Notes: generated by a model from the sequence alone, not told the origin. 32,930 nt of DNA from Catajapyx aquilonaris (GCA_000934665.2 JYFJ02004352.1:1-32930); one strand, 5' to 3'. Counted from the stretch's first letter, positions 9,549 to 22,226 are shown. Numbers and translations are program-made.

Positions 9549-12345
9549 GTAGGGGGTTGTTGTTTGTCAGTGTTTCCAACAGCCAATTTTGATCGGCCCT
9601 TCTCTGCCTGGCGCCACAGGACAGGTATAAATAGAGGTTAGAAATAATCGAACGTGGTGGAAAACCTTGCCTTTTTCGTCTCCCCCTCCCCCCTTACCTT
9701 TTCTAGACGTTAGTCATCAATCGTTTCATGCAACACGCCAACCCTAGTCACTTGTACAGCTAACCTAGTTAGACACCGTCACCTTTTTATTGGCCATGGC
9801 GGACGAATATTTTTCCCAACCAAGGTTGCCACTGACCAATTCAATCGAAACACACGGGGAAATCGGAGGGGGAAATATTTCCAAACCTACATCAGTGCCA
9901 AGCAGGTCAAGACTGCGTGCCAAGTGGTCCTTTTTTCAGCGCGCTTACAAACTTTCGGAAGTAATCAAACATCTAAACTGCCTTCTCCCCATGTACGTTC
10001 CATTTAGATACTGCTTGTAATGCGATTTATAAATAGTCAGCAAGTCTCACCGAATTCAAATTTAGTTATTTAAAAGTCGCGAAGGTACAGACCCGCCATC
10101 TTGGATATCTTGGGAGACTAATCAAGGGAGGCTGAAATTTGAATCTTAAATTTTTTAAACTTTGATAGCAGTGGAATAGGCACTAAAAGAATCAGTGGAT
10201 ACGCTTGTTTTAGTGCAGCACATGGACGCCCTGCGGCACGTTTTACGACGCCATTCCCAGGTGGCACTACTGCCTGCGTGATCAGAAAGCTGAGGGAAGA
10301 CGCCATTAATCTTTAAATAAAAAAGGGGGGGCAGGATGATGTAGCTTGGAGAAATGGGGATGTCGGATGTTACGCAACTAACCGGTGGTTGTTGCCAATC
10401 CTCAGAAAACTGGATTTTGGCCAAAAGAGAGTACCAATCATCAGTTTTGGTAGGGTTGAAACCTACCAGATGCGGAACTAGTCACACGTTCTGATCCAAG
10501 GCCGTTTGGCATCAATCCGGATCCGCAGTTGGGATTTTTTTTTTTGGTCGATCTATTCCACGTGCAGACATACCAAATGTGACCTTTTATATGGGTATCC
10601 CCCCAGCTGGCTTGGTCGGCACATCAAAGTGGTCGGAGTCTATTCCCAGTAAACAAAATTTCGATTAACGACCCCCTCCCTGCATGTTTCGGATGAAGCT
10701 CAACACCTTCCGGGATGCTAACAGAATCCTTTTGACTCTGTGTGCGGGTCGCACAAAAGTGTACACGGTACATATCGGCTTCTCAAAGGGTCTCATGTAA
10801 CAGCATACAAAAGCAGATTTCATTAACCAATGTTGACGCTTGCAAATCAAAATTTGATGCAGCTGAAATTTACATATAATTAAATGTCAACTTGTTTTTC
10901 TTGTTGCTAAAAAATGACAGTAGGTGGCTCACTTCCAGCAAATGCGATCTACCGGATTCTCTGTCAAGCAGATTTATTTTTCGCGAAAATCCTCAAGTAG
11001 TTATGTCTTGGCAGAATAAGCTGCGTCAAATGACGTCCGGATTTTTTGGAGGGAACTGGAGGCTTGCTGAGACATCCATGCATTGATCGAAGAAGGTCTC
11101 TAGAAATTCTATTTTATTTTATTTATACGGCCTCCTGGAGCTTGGCACGGGGAGAAAACAAGGCTCAAACACGCGATTCGGTTTGCTCGACATTAATAAC
11201 CCGCATAACTCATTGGGGGATACCCACGATGCTTCGTTCAGACACTGCGGAGACTACGGATGTAACTGTCGAGAAGGGTGAACCGCAAATGAAATTCCTG
11301 GGGGGAAAATATGACCACACTTTATGATATGACATGTCATCCGCACCCATGCATATGAACAGGAAAGTACATTTTTGCTGAGAGTATATGTGTGTGGAGT
11401 AATTAGTTTTGTAACTTTCAAATTGCACATAGTTTATCGCTTGAAAGGTGGGAATTTCTGGCTCGTAGTTCGCGAATCTGATTTGATAAATTGAATGGTT
11501 TTGCAGTGTGAGTTTGTTCCCATGTTTTAATTGGTTCCCATCCTTTTTTTTGGATAGTGGAAATTAACCGGCTGAAATTCAAACGGCGTTACATCATGGA
11601 GGAATTTTAATTGGCATGAATATGAGCCTATTTTTTATTGGCGTATTAGAGGTAATATTAGCTGCCATTATCGCAATACATGCTTCGTTAAGCGATAGAG
11701 TTATGCAGGGCGATACTGCCTGGTTGGAATATTTGTCACATCGCATCGCTGAGAGTTCTGGTGAAGGACTGTTGTTGTTTATAGGCTGGATTTAAAGTAA
11801 AATTGTTTTAAAAAATTAATTCTGAATGAGGAGGTAAAGTTTCGCGCATTAATAAAGTTTAAACAAGGTATGGTTTAACATGTAGCGAAAAAGTGGAGTC
11901 CCTCTCCCCCCAAAATATTGGACTACACCTCCTCATTTGGTAGCGCCATTATAGATTATTGCTTGCAGAGACGAGTTGAGGTGAATTTTGCTCATGTAAG
12001 TCTAATGAACTTTGTAGTACAGAGCACGTGTAAAAATGAATAATTCTTTCACGACATTTGGACAAAAAATTCACTCCAATATGCATTTTAACAGCCACAA
12101 TTCGTGGCTTTAATGACACTGTGCTCTCGATTATCCGAACTAATGGCTGCACGGAAAATCATAACACACGGATATTTGAAAAGATGGTCATAGAAACAGT
12201 AAAAATTAGCTACTAATGTTTTTAATGTACTACTGTACAGAGTGTATGCTGCTTAATCAAAATAATGAAATTTCCCATAGATTTTTACTTTGCCTTCTAG
12301 AAAAAGTGTTATAATTATTTCTTCATTGGCGAGACATATTGACAG

Positions 12346-12431
12346 TGGGTCAAATTTTCGTCCCACTGCTAGTTACCGCACTGGTACTGCTAAGTTAGCA
12401 GTATCTAGCAGTGGGACGAAAATTCGACCCA
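12346..12431. repeat. Nested inverted repeat (27-bp arms), probable MITE/transposon termini
   Basis: TGGGTCAAATTTTCGTCCCACTGCTAG (12346-12372) versus 12405-12431 is 26/27 complementary, with an inner hairpin TACTGCTAA-G-TTAGCAGTA. A partial third copy TTTTCGTCCCACCGCTAG lies near 22928-22945. Confidence 0.85.
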
Positions 12432-13711
12432 ATTTTTTGGACTTTAATTTAAAAATTTGTTTTGGCGGTGCACGGATAATCGGCAGTAGGCTACAGTGTC
12501 TGTGCACTTGTAGGTGCAACATTCTGATCACATAATCCTAATCCAGTTGATTTATGGGAAGGACTTTCCTAATGGGAGACCGTATGTGGCAGGGGTAGGG
12601 GCACGCTGCACCAACCTACCCCATGACCTAACCTTCCCATACCCATCGCGGATACACGCATATCTTTCAGCGAGGTGCGTTCGATCCCGCCTGCAGGTTG
12701 CAGGGGCACTGCGGCAGGCGGTCTGGGGAATTTTGGGCCAAGGGGGTCTACTGTAGTTGTGTGGAGGGTAGGGGGGGGCAGGTCGGTCCCAAAGCCCAAG
12801 TTGCTAAGCAACCGCACAGGCCCACCCCTCTTCTGCCCCACCCTGTGACGCCGAAAAGGGGGGGGGGGGGGGTTNAAAGGGGGGCGGGGGCTGCCATGCG
12901 GACTTCGACCTACATTATACCATTCTCACCTGCCTGATGTGGATGCGTCCAGATTGGATCATTAAGATGCGATCCTTTCGGGTATTGATTTCCGACAAAA
13001 AAATCTGATCCTTGTTTGTGTATCTACCAATAGATATCTTTTTTTCCGATATCTGTGGGACTGGAAGTTGTTTGCCAGACTAGACAGATGGGATTTGTAC
13101 CTGCTCTATTATAGTTCTATTTTTGAACGGAGGTTATTTCTACTCCTGTCGGAGTGATCTACGACTTGGCACTTGTCACTCAGGATAGTTCGTGTCGGAT
13201 GAAGGCGGGGTTGAGAGAAGAAAGAAGTATGCATCATCGATTGCGTGACATAGTTATTCTGTCGAAGGCCATAGTGTTTTCAGAGCATTGCCTCCTTGCT
13301 GTATTTTTTTTTACCTCCAAAAAAAAACGTTAAAACATCCCCATTTTGCACGGAAGTGGATTGAAAATCATCAGATTACGGGCATCAAAATCAGTAGTTC
13401 GTGACGCTCACTTCCGGGATATTCAAAGTGATTGAGAATCAAGCGATGTATTAACTAATTTAACAGACAATGGACTGCCATTTCCTTTTACCTACGCTGG
13501 GAAGCGCAATCATCTAATTGTCTATGACCACAATTTAAATATATATGTATAAGTAAATTATCAAATAAATGTTAAATTTTCTTGCCATCTCATTACGGTT
13601 CTATATTTAAAATTCACTAAAATAATAATCAGCAACACAATGGCCAAACTGATGATTTAGAAATGAGTATATTAATGATTGGTGACATTACATCCGGTTG
13701 GGGGTATGTAA

Positions 13712-13897
13712 GTGAATTAATGAATAACTGAATTAATGAATTAATGAATTAGTGAATAACTCAATTAATGAATTAATGAATAACTCAATTAATGAATTAA
13801 TGAATAACTCAATTAATGAATTAATGAATAACTCAATTAATGAATTAATGAATAACTCAATTAATGAATAAATAAATAAATAAATAAATAAATAAAT
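13712..13897. repeat. 24-bp AT-rich minisatellite (TGAATAACTCAATTAATGAATTAA) followed by (AATA)n
   Basis: About 6 units built from three related 8-mers, merging into ~7 AATA units; read directly. Confidence 0.95.
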
Positions 13898-13899
13898 AT

Positions 13900-15090
13900 T
13901 TCTTAACCATTATACCATGCATGGGATATTTAAAAATAAATGAATAAGTAAATAAAATATTTTGCGATCATTGGCTTACACTTTCTATGGAGAGTAAGTT
14001 AATATTTGCCAGGAGTGTACTTATACAGACCGTCGAAGATGTACCCCATCTCGTCCTACCTACTTCATTATATGAAAGCGTGAAAAAGTACATCCAGCAG
14101 CTGATACCCTCCCAGGAGCAGGAAATATACGGAGAGGATATTCATTTCTCACGCTGAATGCCTCAAGTGCAAAGAAGCTATAGCAATCCTTTAGGAGCCT
14201 TTAGGGAGGAAGAGGAGTTGGCCAATGTCCATTAGAGAGGAGGAAGCCTGATAGCCCCTGGAGTTGAGTGATGGGAATGACAGCAGGTCCTCGTGTTATT
14301 TACCATCTCCCCTCCCGGGAATGTCCATCAGGACGACGAGACTTGCCACTATTTCAACACGCCTTTACAAGGGTCCTCCCTAACGCACATAAAAAAACGG
14401 GAGGTTCCGGTACTATTCAACCCTAATCGCACTTGCAAATGGGACACAGGATATGGGATAGGAATTTCCCTAAAAATTTGCCAGCAGGAAACGAGCTATT
14501 TGGTCCTGGTTCGGTAATTGAATAACGTAGGAGATAATTGAGGGGAATCAAGAAGCAGAGGGCTCCACTAATCAAAGCAGATGTATTGTTGTGCTTGTAA
14601 ATTGTTAGGAGGCTTCACTAATGCGGACCACTCAAGCTGCAAATTGCCGGATATCCGGACAAGAATGTGCGGACTCCGGACCATGCAGATGGAATGGTCC
14701 TGCCCTTTTGCCTTCTAAGTACACAGCATGAGGGAGGACAAATTAAACATTTTTGCAGGGCGTCTAACACCAAATGTAAAAACAATGCTGAGAATTAAAG
14801 TGCTTTTGTGCCTCAATCATGCGGGGCTTAGGCTCTGAATGGCTCTGAGAGCAATCGTGGGCACTAAAAGAGACATTTCGGTTGGACTCAAGGTCAGGTT
14901 AATCCTAGCCTGATAGGCCACCAAAGAGGCTTTATTGCCAGGCAGTGTTGCGAGCTCACAGGCGATGGAAGTTATGGCCCCCACAGGTACAGTAAGCCAA
15001 GGATGGCGGAATTGAAAAGGGTCTTGGATTGTCGGAAGGTAAATGGAGATCACACCAGTGATGGAATAAAGATGGAGCCAATTAGTTGTG
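13900..15090 (-). mobile_element. Highly degenerate non-LTR retrotransposon (CR1/L2/Jockey-like) RT C-terminal half and 3' region
   Basis: Minus-strand fragments appear in the expected order: CDLHLPSDN (cf. hLYADD, ~15050), RINLTLSPT (cf. N.L.LN..K, ~14890) and PGAIRLPPL*..SSSSLKAPKGLL (cf. PRAIRLWN.LP...S.SL..FK..L, ~14260-14185). Many stops and frameshifts. It ends at a (TTTA)n tract that may be the tail. Confidence 0.55.
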
Positions 15091-15628
15091 ATTGTTGTTA
15101 TGCAATGTGGCGTATGTGACCGTGTATGTCAGTGCCACACTGTAGTATAAATTAGTGAGAGTCATCCTGCCCCTACAGGACAGCAACCGCTGATGCCTAC
15201 AAATCTCCAGGGGTTGCCTACAGACCAAGGATTAACTTCCTCATGACCTCAAATCTCCCAGGCCTGTCTTCGAGGCTGAATCGGCTTAATTAACGCATCT
15301 CACGTGCCCCCCTTAAAATCGAATCTATCTCGTTCCTTCCGTCCGCACTAAGCCCCACTCTTTTCCGATTAAATTAGTACCTACTTGGCCAAATTGGTGG
15401 AGGATCCGCCACTGAATATAAATCTAGTCCTTCGCATGATTTAGTCCTTGAACTGCATATGCAAATTGGGCATGATATAATAGGTAGCCTAATTTCTTCC
15501 CGGGCCAAAAAAAAAATGTTTAGGACGTCATTTGGGTAAACTGGTTTGGCAAATATGTGCCGATTTGACAAACTTGCTTCGGGCCAAGTTTCTGCTGGAT
15601 TAGGTAAGAGTGACATGGAAACCGAGGT

Positions 15629-15656
15629 GGGTGGGTGGGGTGGTGGGTGGGTGGGG
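15629..15656 (+). other. (GGGT)n G-rich tract with G-quadruplex potential
   Basis: GGGTGGGTGGGGTGGTGGGTGGGTGGGG contains six runs of 3 or more G with short loops. Confidence 0.7.
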
Positions 15657-16179
15657 ATTTGTCAGAGACGAAAAACTGAGATGTAAAATTTTCCGGGAGG
15701 TTTTTTTTCTGGTTCACCGAGGTGCGGTTAGTTGGAGGTTGCACGGGGATATAAAATTTGCATATCCGCAGCAGTTTCGTAGGGCAGTTGGAAGTGGCAG
15801 AGGAAATAAAATGGTACGGTTTTTTTTGCAATGGGAGGAATGTAATTGCAGAATTTTGTACGCTGTTGTGAACTGCTGGGATAAATGAGTCGGTTGTGCA
15901 GTAAAGTATACAGCTTGTAGCTGTGTCGGCTTGCCTAAAAATTATGCAATGTGCTCAAATAACTATGTACAAAACTAGGTTATGGTTTGTGGCAGTAAAC
16001 CAACCAAAATAAGATTGTCAGAAAATTATTTTTGTTACTCTGCAGTAGTGCGCAGAGTTATAAACCTCAAAATTGTGTGGCTATCAAAACAAACCCTATT
16101 TGCATTTAAATAGAAGGTGGTCAGTTATAATGATTCGCTTGCATGCGGATATAAACGTCAAAATCAACCTAAGCTTTAA

Positions 16180-16335
16180 CCCTGTAATGCCACTAATCTA
16201 AGTAATGCCCACTGGGTCATATCTGGCACACCATTTAGTGCAATTTTTGCAACTTTTGCAATTTTTATATTTTCTGTAAGTGTGCCAAATTGCACTAAAT
16301 GGTGTGCCAGATATGACCCAAGGGGCATTACAGGG
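16180..16335. mobile_element. piggyBac-type MITE (156 bp, TTAA target)
   Basis: TTAA|CCCTGTAATGCC ... GGCATTACAGGG|TTAA termini, plus perfect 34-bp inner inverted arms (16213-16246 / 16287-16320). Confidence 0.85.
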
Positions 16336-17130
16336 TTAAAAAGTCATGTTTGTATACAATACTTGTAATGCAGAACAATCCGTCATATTTATTAGGTCAA
16401 AATAGCGTTAGCCATTGTGTAATTACGAGTTCTCTACACTCAGTTTCCTTCTAATGAAACACAGTCCCGTAGAGAAATGTTTGAAAAAAAAACATAATGG
16501 ATATGAACTACTGTATTTAATCCCTAGAATCTCAAAATCCTTCCAAAATGACTGGTCGTGTAGCATTTCAGGTCTTCATTCGTTATTATTAATTAAATGT
16601 GCACGTACTTTTGATAGAGACCATTTTTGTACGACAAGGGCTCTTATCATACAGCAGGGAGTTTCACACACCTGATGAATGAGGTTCGCAATAAACACCT
16701 TACTACACCTAAAAGCATGAATAAGCGTCGCTGTCAGAGCCATCAAATTAACCCGTGAGATAACCCTCGAAAGTACTTTCCTCCAAAAGTGACCAACCCC
16801 ACACTTAGCTTCATTTTTTTCGCTCCCCCCCCCCCCCCCCCNAATGTTGAAAAAGTCCAAAAGCAGATTAGGTCTCTAGCAGACATCTCCTCGAAAGCTG
16901 TCAACGCTTAAAATGTCGTGTACTAGCTACGCCATTTGCAAGCAGGTGTAGGCCGCAGTTGGCTGGTTAGAATCAATAGGCAGCGCATGTGGAGCCCATG
17001 CACTCGAGCCCCTTTTTCTCCTGGGTCACTCTTCCGTGTGAGACACATGTGAGTGGACGTGCCAAAAGGCAACCACACAAACTTCGGATCCCCATAACCT
17101 CAAACCCACCACTCGGGTTCGAAAGAAGAA

Positions 17131-17152
17131 GTGTGTGTGTGTGTGTGTGTGT
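17131..17152. repeat. (GT)n dinucleotide microsatellite
   Basis: About 11 GT units, read directly. Confidence 0.95.
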
Positions 17153-19479
17153 ACAGTGTATGTGACCGCGAGTTTCAAAAAAAGGGGGATGTGCTCGGCA
17201 CAAGTGGCCATCGAGGATCTGTTGCTCTTCACACAAGTGACCGTCGACACTGTTTTGTGTGTGTGGTCATAGCGGAGGATTTTTTTAACGGTGGAAAAGG
17301 ATGGAGCGTTTAGGGTATGTATTAACGTTAACTTGTTGAATGGGTAATGAGCATGCATTACCTCAGGTTCCTCCCTCATATTTCGATTTTTAGTACCGAT
17401 TATATGATGGAAATGGTGTCTAAGTGAGTGGTCGTTACGCCCCAAGTGTGTTGGGTGTAATGGTGCAGAGTATACTTAAGTAAATCATGAGTGTGTTACT
17501 ATTCCCCATACTTATCAGAGGACATGGTTATACCTGAAATTCATTATGTTACAGAGGGCCTGTGAATAATTTAATGCGTGTGCTCATTATTTGGTGAAAC
17601 AGAATCACATGACCTGCGTCATTAATTCGATATCGGTTTAGATTATTGTGTTACATTCCACATTGATTCCTGCGACCCATATTTTACTTGTAATTGCCGA
17701 CAAATGAGAACCGCAATTTTTGGCTTGTTAATTCATTAATGCGCCGAACATTCATATATTACACCGGATCGCAAGATACGCGAATATAAGTTATTATTTA
17801 AATGAATCCGCTAATTTTCCCAGCGTCGAAATTCATCGTGGAAATTTCAATACCAGCTATTTGTCGTGTCCCCTTTATTACTGTCATGATCATAAATGCA
17901 GCCATGCAGTTCAAAAAAAAAAATATCGTCGAAATTAGTACACTATAGCAAGCGGCACGCTATGAATAAGGTGCAGAAATAGCAATGCCCACCGGTACTA
18001 TACGTTACGGTCACCCTAAACTTTGTGCTAAGTAAACTTATATGTCATATTTGGCCTCCCGCCATATCCCGCATTATGCAAGCTCATATCCCGCCGCTAC
18101 ATATCACCCAGATATTACCCTCTGGACTTACTTTCAGAGGTTTAATATGAGACACTTCTTCCAAAAACCCGTCTTGCCTGGCAAGTTTTCAAAGGTAAAA
18201 AAATCCTTACATATTAAATCTGAAAATGTATCCAAAAAAGCGCAACTTTTGCCCCAACTGCACTGTATTGCACATTCTGCATAAGGAAAGAACAAGGCTA
18301 AATCAAGGCTTGCAGTATTTATGAGACTTCCGGTACAGAAATCGTTAAGGGTCCACTTATTTCCAGTCACTTATATGAAATCACAAATTTCCGATCCACC
18401 TTACCCTAATCCAAAATTGCGCATATTCAATTCAATTGCACAATTTCGATTAACCGACCCCCCTAAAACCGTCAATGTCGCGGTGACAAGCAATCGGTCC
18501 GGAAAAACCGCGTAAATTTATTAACAGCACATCGATTTCCAGTGGATCACCCCTCCCAATTTTAGGCCTGGTTTTATTTATTTTTTTACAAAAAAAAAGG
18601 GCCAGATTCAGCAATAGTGCTTTTGGTTTGCAGGATAGCATGAAGACTGGGAGAATATCCTAACCAACACCTATCCTCTCCAAACCCCCTCTGACCTTTG
18701 ACCTGGGGGTCCAAGATGGGCACTGAGATGGACCAAGCTGCATGCAGGTACAGTACAAACAATATCTAGGTGTTTTGCACTGTTTCAAAAGTCGAGCCCC
18801 AGTCTCCGGATCTAAAAATAGAGCGAATCTACGATTTGCCAACAGATGGAGCGGGACGTACCCTGCAACCATATCATATGAAGATCTCTTTTTTTATATA
18901 TAATATAAACGGAGGGTTTTAAGTGGAACCGACTTTTGCAATGCTTCGTATCTTGTCTCTAATCGCGCTTTTTCTCACCGTCCAACTTTGTTGTGGCACC
19001 GAGCTTTTCTGACACGTCATTTTTTCCGGTCCTTTTTATCCTCTTTCCTCTGTCTCCCTGTGTTGTCGTTTGTGGCGGGAAATAATCCGTGAAATGCGCG
19101 GAATTTCTTTGGAGTCGAACATTACCGGCATTTTGTACAGATATTAGAGCTGAACTTTTGTAAAGGGCGGAATGAGAGGGTTGTAAGGTGACAGATTTTT
19201 TTAAAAAATATTGTAACTGCATTGTAAGGATGTAGTTTCAACGTGGTTTATGGCTTATTTGAAGTTTAGAGCTGGCTTGGATGAGTCTTAAAGCAGCATT
19301 TAATTATGCAGGGTTTAGTAAAATAATAGTGAGGCATGGCTTGTTATACAAGAATTTGTTTCTCGTTAATTTTTTTGCAAAATGCATTAATGGTTGAAAC
19401 TCGCCTTTAGCAGCAGTGTATTTCTATAGCAGTCAAATAAAGCACGGCACATGAATTGTAATGTGGCATCTGGGTCTAT

Positions 19480-19850
19480 CACATCTGGGCAGGAAGATAT
19501 TGGATTTTTTGCAATAAAAACAATAGACCAGATTTCGTATCTTCAGCATTCCAGGAGACGGCAGCGGAATATATTATCTCTGACACTACTCTCCTGTAGC
19601 CTATGATTTTTATAAAGCCGTCTTTATGCTCTCCTGCATTATTAGGGTGTACTGTAAATAGGGTCATATCACCCGGAGCGTTTTTTTAGGAAAGGCTAAT
19701 AAACAATTGCCTGGTTTTCCGGTTGTCACTTCTTCAGCCGCAACTTTAAACATTCGCTTCTCTCGTTAAGATTCTTTACGGGAGGTTATTTCTTGGAAAT
19801 GTAAGGTGCATCGCCCTATGAGCAAACATTACACCAAGTATACAGTATGA
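19480..19850 (-). mobile_element. Degenerate LINE RT C-terminal fragment
   Basis: Minus strand reads ILGVMF (cf. YLGV.F, ~19835), then IKIIGYRRVVSEIIYSAAVSWNAEDTK...LLQKIQ (cf. K..Y..LVRP.LEYAA.VW.P......LEKIQ). Confidence 0.45.
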
Positions 19851-21361
19851 CTAATCTGGATTTCTTCATGCACCATATGGAGCCAAAGTTCTTTTTCCGT
19901 CTATTGCAGTAATAAAACATGAAATTAAAAAGTACCTTAAATCAGTTGAACGCGATATTTTACCGAAAATCATTTCATATTGGTGCTTTTCAAATTGAGA
20001 AAGCTTGGCACCTTTTAAAATTTTATCCCTTGGAGGGGAATGTCCTTTTTTCAACATTTGAATAAAGAATTCAAAGTACATGCTCGATCAGGTAATCCTT
20101 AAGATTACCTGTTTATACTTTTATGAGGCAGTGGTTAATTTTTCAGATTGTGCTACAGTGCTATTCTCGCGTATGATAAGTGTTACATTGTTTATATGAG
20201 CATCTGTAATGCAGGACGATCATAGCCACAGTGAAGTTATTTCTAGATATGATGATTTAAATATGAAGAGTTCATTAGCTCTTATGGGATATACCGCTTC
20301 TTTAAAACTCTAGGCAGACGTAATTGCTCCAACATATAGCTGACTTGACAATCATAAAAATTTTGTCTGCGCAATATTAAGCAATTGCAAGCCAAATGTG
20401 ACTCTTATCTTCCTGCACCTTAAGATTCGTGTTAATTATGTCCACTAGAAATTTTATTTTGATAATGGGGCGTTCACGTTTACAGGGCAATTTTTGAAAA
20501 GGATTAATACATAACTCAACTGGACCATTTTTCGCCTTCAAGGTGTCTATAGTAATGTAGTAAAAATGTAGAATTCGCTTCCCAAAATTAAATCAAAAAT
20601 GCCATCCCGGAACGCCTGTAGACCCCCCTCAAAAATCACCCCCCATAATTACATCTCCCCAAAACCCTTCTACAGCCCCCACCTTAATTCCCCTTATGGA
20701 ATATTTTTGCAAAAATTGGATCAGCTCCAAGTAAGCCTGCTTAAGCGATATTAATATTACCTCTCCCGTCATCTGCAGTCTTGCCCAAATTTTCCTCCCC
20801 TCGAAAGCCTAACCCCCCCTACCTACAATATGACCGTTGACATGGTCTACACTCGCATGCGACCTGTCCTCTGAAGGACAATCAAAATGGCCCGTCCGTG
20901 CCGGCACATATATCGTAGGCGGGTCGGGCACGTATTATATCTCTCCTGGGAAGGAACCACACACACACACACTCGATATTTCGGCCCAAGGTCCTTCACG
21001 CCGCAGCTATTTTTAGTTTATTGGCCACCACCCCCCTCCTTTTCCTACGCTGGACGATTAATTTCGATCCGCTCCAGCCCAGAAGGTAAACGCGGGACAC
21101 TTTGCGCTTCCTTATTCGAGACGACAAGAAATGGAGGGGACCATTTCTCATGCACGGTGTGTGCATATGACTTGACACTATTTCTCAAAACTAACAGTAA
21201 GATGCAAAAAAATGAGTAAACGAGAATATAAGTTTGTGCTGAAACTATACAACTTTCTAAATTATTTTTTGATTAAAATTCCAAGCTAACATTCAGCACA
21301 TTTTGTGAATTTTTGAGAAAAATAGTAGGCAAAGTTCCTCCATGAAAAACACACAATTTGT

Positions 21362-21436
21362 GTGTAAATGTACTAAAATATTAAATGTTGAGAATTATAA
21401 TTATTCTCAACATTTAATATTTTAGTACATTTACAC
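21362..21436. repeat. Perfect 34-bp inverted repeat with 7-nt spacer (centre of a probable foldback element)
   Basis: GTGTAAATGTACTAAAATATTAAATGTTGAGAAT-TATAATT-reverse complement. Weaker inverted similarity continues outward to about 21290-21485. Confidence 0.92.
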
Positions 21437-21801
21437 TCACAGTTTTTGAGGGAAAATCTTTCATTTTGCAAAATGTAGCGTGATATGGATTGAAATAAAG
21501 GACCTGCCGGTACTGCAAATGGACGTATGATCGAATGCCTTATTTTTTTCCCGATATGCCAGACCTTTTCCAGGAATCTAATCCCTGGAGCCAAATTCTC
21601 GCTCTTTGTGCATAGCAAATGTCAGAAATTTTTGCCACCTACTTCAAAATGGCTGCCAAACAAGTTTTTGAAACACCTGAGTGAATAACAGTAAATTGAC
21701 CTACTCAATACTACAGCACTTTGCGCACAATGGTACCGCACACTACTCGATATGACATCAAGATGGTAGAAACCTTGGCCATGAAGACTATAAAAAAGCG
21801 A

Positions 21802-21844
21802 GCATCATCCTGGTCGATAGTAGACGTATCGACCCGGATGATGC
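21802..21844. repeat. GC-balanced hairpin, 18-bp arms, 7-nt loop
   Basis: GCATCATCCTGGTCGATA-GTAGACG-TATCGACCCGGATGATGC, 17/18 paired. Confidence 0.85.
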
Positions 21845-22204
21845 GCCCCCATTTTTACTTCTCCTCTTCCAAAAGGAAATCTCTGCTGACCAACACCCGT
21901 ATTTCCCACTTGGGTACTTCTTTCCGGAGGTTGTTACGACCCACTCAAGTTGGGCACTTGGGTGCTCCAATGCATTCATCGTCTCGCTTCAGAAGCGCCA
22001 CTGATTTATCTCTCGTCCTCTCACCTAAGAAAAGAAAAAAAAAAAAAGTCACATCAATGTTTACCGCCCTGTCGAAACGTATTAACTTGTACATGAGGGA
22101 AGTGAGAGTCCATTATGCAGGAATGTGTTTACCAGTATGCCATCACCAGGCTCGTTAATCAAGGCTTAAGTGCTGAGATGGAGCTTGAGGATGCCATCAT
22201 GACA

Positions 22205-22226
22205 CAACATTTATTAATAAATGTTG
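22205..22226. repeat. Perfect 22-bp AT-rich palindrome
   Basis: CAACATTTATTAATAAATGTTG, read directly. Confidence 0.9.

Noticed and set aside
12670..12700. GTTCGATCC B-box/tRNA T-loop-like motif
   Set aside because: The T-stem does not pair and no A-box or cloverleaf is found.
12858..12875. Poly-G tract ending near an N (also poly-C plus N at 16825-16842)
   Set aside because: These are likely assembly joins at homopolymers. Sequence, possibly including exons, may be missing there, so they are not interpreted biologically.
13649..13670. CTGATGA...GAAA hammerhead-like core
   Set aside because: There is no stem II or flanking helices; other CTGANGA hits also failed.
20249..20343. ATGATGA...CTGA C/D-box snoRNA-like spacing
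   Set aside because: Weak terminal stem, no recognisable guide, and such spacing is expected by chance in AT-rich DNA.
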